Source: Phoronis australis
Taxonomy: Eukaryota; Animalia; Phoronida
Direction: 5' to 3'
DNA length: 64,000 nucleotides
NCBI GenBank assembly: GCA_002633005.1
Contig: NMRA01000683.1
Span: 76,657 to 140,656, forward strand
Position numbers and translations under genes: made by a program. This document shows, in pieces, positions 25,670 to 39,300 of this stretch (position 1 is its first letter; each line of letters begins with the position of its first letter). The notes below the pieces were generated by a model, which did not search any database, was not told the origin of the DNA, and saw only the letters and a list, made by a program, of their open reading frames with translations.

Positions 25670-27837
25670 ATAGGACAGTCTCCCCAGACTATCACTGATC
25701 ACAGTTTGTGGTGTTGCCAAGCTCAAAATGGTAAATTACCACAGTTATTAATTTGGTGTTATTGTTTTTAAGCTTGCTTTATGGTAGTCAAGTAGGTCAT
25801 TTTAGGTCAATAAGTAAGTACAGTTGTCAATGATCTTTTGTCTACAGAGAACTATTTTTACATGTCTGCTTCCAACGACGCCATTTGTGATTAACGTTTC
25901 TTATTGGTTTAAAATGTTCATCATTATACTAGTAAGTTTAATTAGGTGCAAATTATGTTACGGGAAATGCTATAATCCAATCTCGCGGTACTACATGTAC
26001 CACGTTGTTTATACAGTATTTATTCAAAATTCACCAGCGGGAACTGGTTAGCGAACCCCTTCGATTCACATTGGGGTTTTCCAGTAACCTTGTGTTTTCT
26101 CGTTTTACTACGTACACAAGGTGTTAGTTAAAAATAGTATGACTCATTAAATTCTGAATATCCAAACGAAGTCCTGGTTTACAAACAACCCCCTGGTCTT
26201 CCGGTGTGCCGGAAACCATCCGAAAACCAGTTACCGTAAGAATCTCGTTTAAGTCTAGGTTTGTGTGACTATTTTTATGTAAATTTGTATGTTAATATGC
26301 CACCGTTACCCTAATGAAACAAGTCACACTTTTTAATATTTTTTCATTCACCATCAAAAACAATTACGCAATATCTGGAATTACTAGGGTTTTCTATATG
26401 CTCACTCATTTTCAGATTTATTATCATTGACAAACAAGTACAAAAACAAACATCAATTACACCCATTCATTCTCGCATGCATACTCCAGGAGAGAGTTAT
26501 CGTATCTCGTATAAAGTAAACAACTGCTACATTGAGTTAGAGGGACCAATAAAATTTTCCCATTTCCCAGAAAAGCAATCTTGCACAAAATGTTTATATG
26601 GAATTAATTTTTCAGCATTATAGTACCCATAAGTATACGTAACAAACTTGTGAATATTAGGTTTTTGTTTGACATCTCTCCTTGTAAATGTAAGGTTTGT
26701 CTATTGATAGCAAAATGTTTAATAGAAAATCATGCGTCTCATGAAGTCCAAGAATAACACGTTTGTAAGAAAGACAGTTGGGAAGCTTAATGAGACACTT
26801 ATGACGTAGTTCTCTGAATTCCTTCCAAAAATGTTGCTCAATGCGACATTCCCAAAAAAGGTGTGACAGCGTCTCTGGACCTTTATTACAAAAGGAATGT
26901 AAATTAGAATCTCGAACCTGGATTTTGGATGAAAAGTATTTGTTGACGTAATCCAGTTTAATATTCTAAATTGGAAGTATATGATGTTGGGATCCTTTGC
27001 AATTTCGTCAGGCAACGCGTATATTTTTCTGCCAATCTAAACTATCTCCTTACTCTATTTCCAATTTACACTCTGACTTCGAAGGTTTCTTGTTAAAGAT
27101 AGAACAAATATGTCTACACCCTTCAAATCTGTCCGTAGCTGAGTAATTGCTAAAGGCATGCAAGGAGAATAGACATTAACACTTTTGAATTTACTTTGAA
27201 ATAGACTTTACTTTTTTGAAACCTTCTTAGAATAGAAACAACTCCATTATATTCTACAAAGTTGGTTTTTACATCGAAGACATTTTTCATACGGTCTAAC
27301 CTAACAACATCGCCATCAGACATATCTCTCATAAATCTAATGGCTTTTACAAACCAAGACTTCTAAAAAACACTTCTGCCTCCGATCCACGAGTTACTAT
27401 TTAACCACTGAGGTTGGTTCAAGAAGTCTTCTTCACTCGCAACAAAGTTTTCTCATAAAAGGATGTCATCCTTGCAAATATGTCAAACTTGTTTTTAAAT
27501 GAACATCAGTTGTGGTGTTTTCGCTAAAACCGCAATTTATTGACAGATTGTGTCTTTTGTTGGTTATACTTGTACACACAGTTCTTCAGGAAGTCTCCAT
27601 ATAAGGCCCTGGCTTTTCAGGCAAAGCTATGCATTTCTGGGAACACTGAAAATGCATTCTAACTATACCCAATTCAGCTTAGCTACACCTAAGTATCAAC
27701 CCAAGTACCTTTTGCAAGTTTGCCTGATTCTACCATGCATTTGCCATCAAACCTAAAATCGCTGATTTTGACTGGCCAAATATTTGCTTACCATAGCAAC
27801 AGCGCATTTTTCAGCTTGGCAACCCCCTAATTTTAAG
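25670..27837 (-). mobile_element. Helentron/HINE-like element, copy 2, carrying a nested LINE fragment
   Basis: Subterminal repeats gttgccaagctcaaaa (25713) and tttcagcttggcaaccccc (27809-27827); terminal hairpin gacagtctccccagactatc (25674-25693). Confidence 0.5.
26300..27480 (-). mobile_element. Degenerate L1/Tx1-type LINE ORF2 3' fragment
   Basis: FQFRILNWITSTNTF, then a frameshifted ETLSHLFWEC-type zinc-knuckle segment; upstream WLNS..RIGGRSVF-type motif. Confidence 0.65.
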
Positions 27838-30800
27838 GGGAGGGTCACTATAAATAAATGTATTTGAATATGGTGGTCTGCTTCTAAAATGACTGAATAC
27901 TTGAAAATGAAATTCATTTGTCGTGGGTTTTGCCGCTTCAAAAAGAGCATTTCTAGCTTAGATACTACACTGTATCTCTCTGCCACACGATACACTGTTA
28001 TTAGTTAATAACATAGATAACAACCATGTAAAGAAATCCAAAAATTCAGTAAACATGCATGTGCTTATGTTGTTGTTCACTCTGTTTAGATTGAGTTGCA
28101 TGTAACTTTCAATAGAGTAACTTGTTGTATATTGGATGTAGTGTCTGTGTGCTAAACGCCTGGGCCCAGTTGCATAAAAGTTATACGCCATATCGCAACA
28201 ATGACGTCGCATTATCACACGCCACGTTGTAGTTGTGGAACAATACATTTGACGCCTTGCAACAATCAAACTTATAAAGCGCATAAATTTGAAGTTTTAT
28301 GCAACTCATCCCTGGACGTGTTAAGCCCTGAAAAGGAAATCCAGTCTTTTCATCCTGTGAACATGTCATTGTTCTGTGGCAATTGATATTTGAAAACTCC
28401 TCGCTTTTAAACTTACGCAGTTTTTGGTAAATCAATGTTGTGCTCTCTTTTTATGACATTATTTTGGAAGAGGTGGAGCCATACGGTATCTCTTTAGCCA
28501 GCCACAAACTGAAAAGACTCACTAAACTTAAGTGCGTTACCGTAATAAGTACACATGTTATCACTCCCATCAATCATATGGTGTTTTAATTCATGTTTTA
28601 TAGCTAGTTACTGGTTACAGAAACAGTTCAACGTGACCGCTTCAATATTAAACGTGTTTTTGTTTTTTTTTGTACTGCATTCAAGTTGTTCATTGTGTTG
28701 AAAGGTTGTTAGAGTTATTTTGGCTTACGTATTAAATTGCTGTACTGAGATCACTTTGTTTTGCTAGATGTATTCCTCAATTACCTTGAACGTTTGAAAC
28801 CCACGCGTCCAATACTTTTAACGCATGGCATTTTTATCTCTTATGCAAATGTGACGAAAAGTGACAAATTCAGTGTTGGGTGGAATCATTAAGGTTTTGT
28901 ACACTGCAGACCATCACAAATGGTCAAATCTGGAATGATTCAGAGATCGCATCTCAAATGGTTGATCAGATTCATGTGCAAACTTTCAAACACAATACTT
29001 TGTGCAATGTCTTCCAAAATCTTGTCAGCCAGAGATTTGTTTTTAAAATGTTCCGCATTTGCACAAGGAGCACAACAATTAGATGTTTATCATCTCCATG
29101 AAAAAGTTGCATAAAATGGAAACAAAATGATAATTCAGAAATCTCTAACTTTTGTGAGATTGTGTCTTCAATATTTATATGAAACCAAATTTTGCCCTGT
29201 TGTTGACACTGCTATCGGTGTACCTTCCTTTTTTGATAAATTTTACTAAGAAAGCATGGTCATGTGATTCAATTTACGCCAGATTATTAAAAAGCAAACA
29301 TCAAATTCTACAGGTTTTTAACTTTTTAAACATGAACTACAAATGGCGGGTGCTTTTTCCTTTAAACAGGTAGTCACGGGTTTCAAAATGAATCGGTTGC
29401 AGACTTGAACCTTGGCCTGGTACATGTATGTTTTTGTCCATAACTAAAATGACGAATCTGTAAAATGAATTAAAGGCAGACTATTCGCATCCTTGAATAC
29501 ACATTAAGTTCAACTTTTCCTCCTTCCACCGGTATTGATGATCAGTATTGAAACCTGGAAACTGGTGGAATTAATTGACGTTGTCAAGGATGTAGTGCCA
29601 TTAAGCAAGACATAAGGGGTTCCAGCGTCGAGTTGACACGAACAGCTGTTGATCAGTGCTATTCTCCACCAACGATAATACACATCCCGTCAACGTGTTT
29701 TATCAGCGTGACATTTCCACAAACCCTGCATTTGTGGAACGTGATCAACTATTTCCAAACACGTTGTTGATTATTTGGATAACTCTACAAGAAACCGCTG
29801 CAAAGCGCCTCGGGCAACACAAACTCTCATCGACATCGTGTGCGCAAATCAGTCACCAGGTGGCGAGACCGCCTCGCCGACGCCCGGCTCATCAAGATCT
29901 CAGTGTCAAACAACTTTGTCTCGGACATCGACAATTCGTGTGCCTGCGCAAAAACGTTCTGTATAAATACAATTCAGGAGTAAGAGAAATAGAAGAAATA
30001 AGAATCAGTTATCAAGAGAAGATAGTATCGGTTCACGTTGCTTTTAATCTTCGATATTTTAAATTAAGGTCATGTTTCTCGTTGTCTGTGAAAGTACCTC
30101 AGTACGCGGTAACATTGAAGATACATCTAACTCTTACCAGCTATCACCACTCGAAATATTATTGTTATTATCATTATTTATTTGTTACAGTGACATAAGG
30201 GTGCCAGTGAATACAAACTTAAAGACAGAACATTCACCACACACCCCAGCCTCAATGGGCTTACTTAGTCCGCTAATAATAATTAAACCATTATATAACA
30301 AATTGCACACGCTCAAATATGACCACTTCAGACTAGTTTATAAACAAATAAAATTTTTCCTTAAATGAAAGCTATTGAGCTTTCATTCAATTGGCATTGT
30401 TAAGTGGTGCCTGAAGATTGTTACACAGATGTCTTGAAAAAAAGATCCGATTTATCACCCTCATTTAGTAATTTTACCACACCACCCCTCGTTATGCAAT
30501 TTTGAGGTTATGATCAATACACTGCTTTACCAAATCTGTCCCCACTGCTATGAGATTGAAACTTAGACAAAGTGTTGACAAAACATGTTACTTTCATTGC
30601 TTAAAAAAATTGTCAGCCAGTGTATTAGTGAAACATTTTGGCACCTCAAATGTACTAAAATGAGAAATTTTCAAATAACTGAGACCGTAGCATGAGCACG
30701 TAAAATCAGATTGTCTTTGATGTTCTTCGATATTTTGCAACGAGTTTTTCCTGCTGAATGTTTTGAATGTTTTACTGCTTACCACCTAAGACTATAGTAC

Positions 30801-33099
30801 TCCTAGATACCATACATTGCTCGATTTTTGTTTAAAAGCCGATTATGTCCTCCCTTGTCAACAGGGTTAGACATGAACTCAACAAATGTAGGTCTTTTGA
30901 TTTACAGTTGAATGCTTTGTAATTTCCTCACGGGTATTTCTTCACACCTATTCAAGTCAGATTTTCTGTTCATGCAATGCGTTGTAATATCAAATGAAGT
31001 TTAGTGGCATGACCACAACTTTTTCATACGACTTACAACAAAAAGGCCGCAGAAATTTTGCTGACGAGTTGTGTCATTGTTGGATATAACAACACAGGTC
31101 ACATGGATATAGAACCTTGGGCGTATGTCAGACCGTTGCCCATAAATGCTCGCCATTATCTTCACTATAACAACGGGAACAATGACGATGCTGCTCTATG
31201 CGACCAGGTTTGCCGTGGATGACCACAGAAGCGGAATCCCAAAGTATCCACAAAAACTTATCATACACCTCAGTAACTCTTACCGCGCACACGAATCCAT
31301 TCCCTGAAACCTAAACACCAATTTTTTTATATCCATGTATCGTGTAGTATTGCTCATGGTACAGGTTTAGATTCCGTTGTATTAAGATATCAATCGCCAT
31401 CACTGTAATACGTAGTTTGAGTAAAATTTCTAGACAATGAATTTTATGGATTTATTATCTTTTAAGTGAAGGGTAAACTTCAAATTCTGCACTGGTTTTT
31501 CAAAAGTAATCACACATCTAAAAGGTAAAACCATGTTTGAAAAGTTTGTTCCTTATCTCATTTGAAAGTTGTTTACCTCACAGACAACACATCTATGTTG
31601 AAAATACTCCTTGTAAAAAGATATAAACACCAACCAGAGACTTTCATACTACAAAATATGTTTTCATAATACAATACAAAGATAACTGTACAGTGAAAAG
31701 TGCAAATGTTATGACTCTAATAAAATATTGCCTCCTACATCTTTTCAACAACCCTATTGCTACAGGACAGAGTCAACCACACAAAACCCAAAAAGTCAGG
31801 GAATTACATTTAAGGTGATGTTGTCTCACTGCGAAATCACAACGTCGCTGGCAACACTGTAAATTTCTTCTTACTCACAAACTTGGGGTAGCTGTAGGTA
31901 CGACACCAATGTTCTTATCAAAAATAACCACCACAAAATGAAAAATTGCCTTGTAGGTTCCTATTAGGCAGCATTATTGCAATGAAACGGTCATGGAAAA
32001 ATACATGTACTTTTGCAACATGGTGTGCATTACAATTACCGTGCGATTACAGTTGTATATACATACTAGACCAGTTACAAAATTACTCATTTGAACCATC
32101 AAATGCTCATTTCACCACAAACCAAGGAGTCACCAGAGCTATTGTTCCAACACAGTTCAGTACTGCAACAAAAAATCATTTCAAGTGGACATAAGCCCGC
32201 CTACTGTCACATAAAACAACTTTTGATTTAGACAACTTACCATCATGGAATAGGTATTATTTACTGGTCACTTTTGAGCAATTTCAGAATTTCGAAAGAA
32301 CTGACAATATGCATTTGCTGGAGACCATGCTCTATAAGATGGCTTGTTTAACAGTGCGTGAGTTTATGCACAAAGCATGGTCTCGAGGAATGGCAAACTG
32401 TCAATTCGCTTCAACTCCAGAAATCACTTCCCATATGAATAAGTAACAAATTGAGAGAAGTTTATAGAGTTAAATAGTCTAAATCAAAACTTTACCCCCT
32501 GGATAGAATGTGCGTTTACAACCCGAGCCAAAGAATAAGTGAAAAAAACAGCCAAACCGCAACAGGGGGTCAAATGTCAGTACTAAATACTCTTTACAAA
32601 CAAAAATCTATGATGGTAAATAGTTTAAAGCGAAAAAATATATTCAGATCAATTTCACAATTCCAAGGAAAAGAAACAGTACAGCGGTCAGAAATCACGA
32701 AACAAAAGTCTATATTTGTTGGCCACACTGACAAATACTATCAGACCAAAAAATCCAGTGGCTAAACAAAAAGAATAATGTACCCATTACCATGTGGCAT
32801 TACCAACATGATTCACTGTCCCAGCATCATGATCGGAGTTTGGAAAAAAATTCAATACAGGTAAATTTAGATTTTTCCAGTTGACACAGCAGTTCTTCTG
32901 CAAACAAAGCTTGCAACAATACAAGCCTACTTCACTACACAGCTGTGCTGACATAATAATGCCACCGGTCGATTTAGCTGATCCGCCAGAGTATTTACAG
33001 GTTCAGCCACTGTACCGTTTCCTCCCTTTGCATGTTTATAATGCTACATCCTTGGCAATCTTAAAGTGCAGATTGTCTCTTTCCAATTCATACTGCACT

Positions 33100-33560
33100 T
33101 CCTCTGTCATATCTCCTACTGTTGATGTGATCAGTGAAGGTGGAGATGTCATTTTCTGGGAGCATGACAAAAGTGTCGTCCACTTATCTGAGCCAGATGG
33201 GTGGGGGTTTATGAGAAGACTCCAGAGCTGTCTTTTCAAACTCTTCCATGTATATGTCGGGTAGGATGGGAGACACAGGGGATCCCATAGCAGCTCCATG
33301 GCATTGCTGGTAGAAACTGTTGTTGCATAAGAAATATGTAGTATAAAGACAAAAGCCCAATAGCTAGTGAATTTGCTCAACGGACAGTTCAGTGTGAAGA
33401 CTAAGAGGGGGGTCATCAGACAATCTTTTGCGTACGATAGCGAGGGCCTTGTCTACAGGGACACTTTCTAGTGAAAAGAGCACTGACATCATATGACACT
33501 AACTTGTGTCCTACAGCAACTACCAGGTTCTTGACTCTGTCGACAAAGTCGGAACTATTA
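33100..33560 (-). mobile_element. Penelope-like reverse transcriptase fragment
   Basis: LVSYDVSALFT, YQQCHGAAMGSPVSPILPDIYMEEFE, W.R*VDDTFV with frameshifts and stops. Confidence 0.85.
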
Positions 33561-33599
33561 CGTGCTCTGTGTACACCTGCATGGTGTTACCCCCAGCCC

Positions 33600-34390
33600 C
33601 CAATCCCTCCCCCCACCCCTCCTGAACAGAGCTGATCGTTACATCACTGACTACCGTGACTATGTAACCGTATTGACAACTGCATTCAGTTCACCATGGA
33701 GACAGAAATCAACAGAACCTTACCGTTCTTGGATCTCTGCATACAAGTGGTCGATAATGGTTCAATCAAAATCAAGATCTACAGGAAATCGACACATACG
33801 GACCAATACCTCCAGTTTCCTTCCAACCACCCCTTAAAGCACTAATATTCTCTTGGACAGAGGTGATCGTTACATCACTGACTACCGTGACTATGTCGAA
33901 GAGATAGACCACGTTGGGGATGCGTAGCGAGCTAAGGGATACCAAGAATGGGTGTTTACTGACCCCTGTAGCCGTAAATCTACTGAAAAGCTCGATGGCC
34001 TATCCGTTGCCATCCCATATATAAGAAGAATATCTGAACGCCTACAACACACTTACAGAAGCCACGGTATTTCCTCTTTCATGAAACCCATCAACACCCT
34101 CCGTTCCCTACTATAAGTCAGACCCAAAGACCCAACCGCAACGGCCAAACAATGTGTGGTCATATACCAGCTGAAATGTGACCAGGATCCCAACCACACC
34201 TACATTGTAGAAAACAAGAGACTGTTCCTTACCAGATTCAAAGAACATTTGAAACTAGACAGACCAACAGCTCTGGGGGAACATATTTTGGCAACTGGGC
34301 ATACCATCTCTTTGTCGTCATCCAGGATCCTAAACAAGGAACAAAATTGACATACTCGTAAGCTCAAAGAGGCCATAAACATCAACAGTC
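33600..34390 (+). mobile_element. Penelope-like RT thumb plus GIY-YIG endonuclease fragment
   Basis: LLDR.DRY...EEIDHV, VAIPYI..ISERL, VIYQLKCD...TYI.E.KR...RFKEH, ALGEH...TGH, RKLKEAINI. Confidence 0.85.
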
Positions 34391-34429
34391 AGCGCCGTGG
34401 CGATTCTCATAATTCAACTTACCTAGCCT

Positions 34430-34580
34430 TTAGAAATATCTTGCGCACATACAGCCGACCGGGACCGGGATTATCGCCGCAACGGACCTGCGGCGTTTTG
34501 TCAAGCATCGTACACGTCTGATGGTGAACCCTCTTTTGCGATTGCGGCAACGGTACAATGCGTGGGCTCCACACCGTTTG
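34430..34580 (-). CDS. Last coding exon (exon 3) of a cationic Cys-rich secreted precursor: KRCGAHALYRCRNRKRGFTIRRVRCLTKRRRSVAAIIPVPVGCMCARYF*
   Basis: Strong acceptor ttttattcttattttacag (AG at 34581-34582), phase 2; VPVGCxC ending as in IL-17/cystine-knot proteins; AG/GTAAGT donor 7 nt after the stop. Confidence 0.7.
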
Positions 34581-35396
34581 CTGTAAAATAAGAATAAAAT
34601 AGTTATAGCCATGATACATTTGTTATCTAGGTTGATGAACAATTTAGAAATTATAGGCCATGGGCCGTATTTCCAGTTGTTTCATCATGTGACCATGTGA
34701 GGGGGCAACTTGGTTTTTTCTGTATTAACCATTACGCAATTGATACAGCTCATGAAAGTTCCCCCGTTTTAAGTTGCACATTTTTTGTGTGTCCAAATGT
34801 TACATTATTGAAAAGGAGGTGGTGCTAAATCCACCAAAAGACTAACACATGATGGCATCATAAACCAATCACAAGCTCAGAAATTAAGTAACTGTAAACG
34901 TAATCTAACATTGGGGCTCCCTTAGGAGATGCTGTCAATAAATGCTGCATACACTTTCAAGCAATAAGTTCATCTGATCTGTTGAGATTCTCGAAACTTA
35001 CATGGGGAAGACTGCGTGAAAGAATGACTTTCCCTTGGAGATAAAGACAGTAATGTGTCCCACCGGTTGCCATTTGCACTCAAGTAACTCCCCCCACCCG
35101 GTTGGCGTTGGCTCCAGGCAGTATCAAAAAGCATGTTATATAAGCATACTGACGCTACAAAGATTGAAGAGCAAAGAGGAAAGATTGCAAAAGTACGAAG
35201 AATGCCGAGAACAGAACCCCCTGATTACGACCAAGATGATGGTGAGTGTTATTTTTTTTTCTGGGAGTATAATAAATTGACGCAAGTCACTGAGTCAGTG
35301 ACAGTGTAGTCAGTGCCTCAATGGGAAACAGGTCACTTCAAACCCAACTCAACTCGTACCCAAGTCAAGTTTCAAAAGTATTTCAAAACTATTTAA

Positions 35397-36287
35397 GAGC
35401 GACTCCATATAAAAACCAACAGGTAGAGTCTATACCCAAAATCACAGATTTTTTTGAAACTTAGCACATGAGTTTGGTTTGGTGAGATGTAGAAAAAAAT
35501 CATTTTTTAAGAATTTTCATTCATTATTTCTCTTTTTATGACCTGTAACTCCATTTTGCAACAAAATTGGGGGTTGAAGTAGGCATGGTTGAATGCATTT
35601 TACTAGCATTTGTGGTCAGGTTCAAAACAAATGAGTGATACGATTTGAAAGGGCAAAGGTTGAATGATTTAATGGCATAACTTTCAAAACTCATTTTTAA
35701 TTTTGTATGTTTTGATTTTGTGAGGCAAAAACGGCTATTCTGCAGGTTTTCACTGAAGCCATTTTCGGCCAAATTTGGCACTCTGTAGCAGCCAAAACGC
35801 ACCTTTCCAGATATTGACCCTATAATAATTTGTTCAGTCATTCCTATCTTGTTCATAATCTAAAATAAAAAATCTTGCCTCTCCCGTAGTTTTTGCCTAC
35901 GAAGCATTACACGAACTGCACTTCGTCCTATTTGTATGTTCTCAGTTGCCTCAGCCACCAATAGGGGGCTCTTGGAACACATAATTAGCTTGAAAAACAC
36001 GACATAAAAACTTTGTATTTTGGAGAAAAGGCAAACAGCATTACTAATTACCATTTTCTGAAAACCACATTGATGATTATTTGCTTATAGCAAAAAATTA
36101 TGTACATAAATGACTGGCATGAATACTTCTAAATGACAGATGGCGCCGCTGTTTGTTTACGTGGAGACGGAAGACGCTACCTTGCTGCAATTCAAGCCTT
36201 CACGAGGTATTGCCGTCTATTTTAAATGAGAACACGGGGTTTTGGATAAATTTGGGAGGTTCTAGTGTTTTTGAACTCAACCCTGCC
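35397..36287. mobile_element. Left end of a second Sola3 copy, truncated at a contig join
   Basis: TTAA (35393-35396) then 891 bp reading identically to 36879-37769; different upstream flank; ends at N 36288. Confidence 0.85.
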
Positions 36288-36288
36288 N

Positions 36289-36394
36289 TGGACAAGGCCC
36301 TGTGCCAGGCGTACGGCGAACAAACTGAGAGGGTCCTTGGCATGGTAGACAGCCAGCTGGCGCAGCATGGCTCCTAGACGGGCATTGTTGGTAC
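36289..36394 (-). CDS. PSMD2: PSMD2 exon, truncated by contig join ([34 protein letters not shown])
   Basis: ccag/ acceptor at 36395-36396; sequence stops at N 36288. Confidence 0.9.
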
Positions 36395-39300
36395 CTGGCA
36401 GGAGAAATGATAATGTTAATAAGCACTGTGTATTTATAAGTCCAGTGAGAACACATCTGTCGTCCAAAAAGCGGGAACAGTCACTTTTTACAGCAGTCAT
36501 ACATTTTGAGAGCCAGTTGTCTCCACTGAATAATGTGTATCAAAAAGGTTCTTAAAACACAGGGCCTCTGTTAAAGTGAAAATTGCCTAAAAGCTCAAAA
36601 ACCTAGTAACTTCATAACTGCACTGCACAATAATGAATCAAGACTTTCAAAACTGAGAAACTACAACGCGACTGATTTCTGCCGTAAGTTCTGTACCACC
36701 ATTGAATGTGACAAAAACTTCTACTAGAGGGTAACCGCATGACTGGCTGGCATCACATGTCCAGTGATGTGTGCAGTAGGGATAAACTAGAACCACAGCA
36801 GGTGGGGAACAACAGTAATAATGTTTTGAAAGTTTTGAAATAGTTTTTGCTGACCAATAATCTACAAACAGTTGTTAAGAGCGACTCCATATAAAAACCA
36901 ACAGGTAGAGTCTATACCCAAAATCACAGATTTTTTTGAAACTTAGCACATGAGTTTGGTTTGGTGAGATGTAGAAAAAAATCATTTTTTAAGAATTTTC
37001 ATTCATTATTTCTCTTTTTATGACCTGTAACTCCATTTTGCAACAAAATTGGGGGTTGAAGTAGGCATGGTTGAATGCATTTTACTAGCATTTGTGGTCA
37101 GGTTCAAAACAAATGAGTGATACGATTTGAAAGGGCAAAGGTTGAATGATTTAATGGCATAACTTTCAAAACTCATTTTTAATTTTGTATGTTTTGATTT
37201 TGTGAGGCAAAAACGGCTATTCTGCAGGTTTTCACTGAAGCCATTTTCGGCCAAATTTGGCACTCTGTAGCAGCCAAAACGCACCTTTCCAGATATTGAC
37301 CCTATAATAATTTGTTCAGTCATTCCTATCTTGTTCATAATCTAAAATAAAAAATCTTGCCTCTCCCGTAGTTTTTGCCTACGAAGCATTACACGAACTG
37401 CACTTCGTCCTATTTGTATGTTCTCAGTTGCCTCAGCCACCAATAGGGGGCTCTTGGAACACATAATTAGCTTGAAAAACACGACATAAAAACTTTGTAT
37501 TTTGGAGAAAAGGCAAACAGCATTACTAATTACCATTTTCTGAAAACCACATTGATGATTATTTGCTTATAGCAAAAAATTATGTACATAAATGACTGGC
37601 ATGAATACTTCTAAATGACAGATGGCGCCGCTGTTTGTTTACGTGGAGACGGAAGACGCTACCTTGCTGCAATTCAAGCCTTCACGAGGTATTGCCGTCT
37701 ATTTTAAATGAGAACACGGGGTTTTGGATAAATTTGGGAGGTTCTAGTGTTTTTGAACTCAACCCTGCCTTCCTCTTGTTTCTATCTTCCATGTTCGAGC
37801 CACAGGCAAAGGAAGGCACTCAAGGGGTATAGCCCACTGGTGGATTTAGGGGGGAGATGGCCCCCCTAAAATTCTCCCAGATTCCATTTGGCAGTTCAGT
37901 GTGCGAATTGCTGACCGCTTTATGCATGCACCTAGGGGGGGGGGGGGGGGGNGGCGAATGCACAATGCATAGCCCTGAACAAACCCGTTTACCCATTTTT
38001 TTTTAGTAATAAGTTCCGCAAACCCAAAAGTTCAAGATCCCCTACATACCTACATTTTAGGCTGGGTGCGCGCATATGGCGAAATTCTGGTTATTCCTGT
38101 GCCCTACCCCCCCAAATTAAAATCCTGGATCCGCCCCTGTAGAACCCTGTTCAGTGCAAAAATCCTGGGTCAACAGTCATTGTAACTTTGGGTTCATATT
38201 GTAATGTCCCTGCACGTTGCTATTTTCAGTTGTCACCAGTTTCCCTCTCCCCCACACACCGAGCACCCTAACCTTGAATATTTCTGACCGTGTGACCATC
38301 AATGGTGTACAAAGGCAAACATTCACAGTCAATAGAAAATAATTCACGAGACAATTTTATTAATGACTTATTTATGACAGACACGAAATAAACAGAAGTA
38401 ACGGTCTCTGATTTCATAGCAAACATACTGAGTGACTCTGTGGTGTAGCAAGGGATGGTCGGTGGGGCACAAGGTGCTCGCTATGCCACTGGACTGTAAT
38501 TTCCCCTTAACTGCAAACTACGATTAACTACGATACAAGATATACCGTAATATATGGCGAGCACAGTAATCTCCAATTATGATAAAATCAAACTACCATT
38601 ATCACATCTGAATCTTTGTCCCTCTTTTGCTCTGATAACTGCCTTTCATTCTCTACGGCCACCATTCCACCCTCGCCAACTAAGATCCATTTTGCATCTG
38701 ACGTGGCAACTACAATTGCAAAATAGGCCAGCACCTTTTCTACTTAAGCCACAGACGAACTTTGCTTTTCAATCCACCCACTCACTCTTGTTTCGACCAT
38801 GAACCATTCTATCGCTTACAACCAAAGACTAACTAGGCCCTGGCCAATATTCACTTGGCCCTCATCAGTCTGTCATTCAGCCCCTGGCCAGCATCCATAC
38901 TTACTTGAATTCTTCCTAGCTACTACTCATTCTCCTTCAGATGCCACCCACTAGTTTCAGTTCATCCAAACACTCATCATGTCTACATTTATTCTTGTTT
39001 CTAACAGTCACTAATTGATAAAATGATACTAATTCCTAAGAATGAATACTTCTTGTGATTCTTCATAACAAAATAATCAACCTAATAAGATAATACTATA
39101 CAGTTACTTGAGCTGAGCTGTAGACACTGTCCACCTAACTGTTCCAAGTTTAGTTGTAAACCCCCTCACTGATCGATACGAGTGAAACAAAAATCAACAA
39201 TTCAAAACTGCTACAAACCAACTGCTGACCATCCCCAACCAGACATAAATCCCGGCAGCTAAACATTACAAAGAAAGCATTAAATTTGAGACCTTCACAT

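Noticed and set aside
31146-31307. Short ORF MLAIIFTITTGTMTMLLYATRFAVDD... echoing the precursor's LAVIGTMVFAVDD; the minus strand also vaguely resembles exon 2 or a GPCR helix
   Set aside because: Needs several indels, has no acidic pro-region or Cys pattern, and a 5-residue match is expected by chance in 64 kb.
36222-36500. ORF fusing a PSMD2 exon to transposon sequence
   Set aside because: The fusion point is the single-N contig join at 36288.
35536-37832. Duplicated small ORFs (106, 64, 65-74 aa)
   Set aside because: Incidental ORFs within the duplicated non-coding transposon end.
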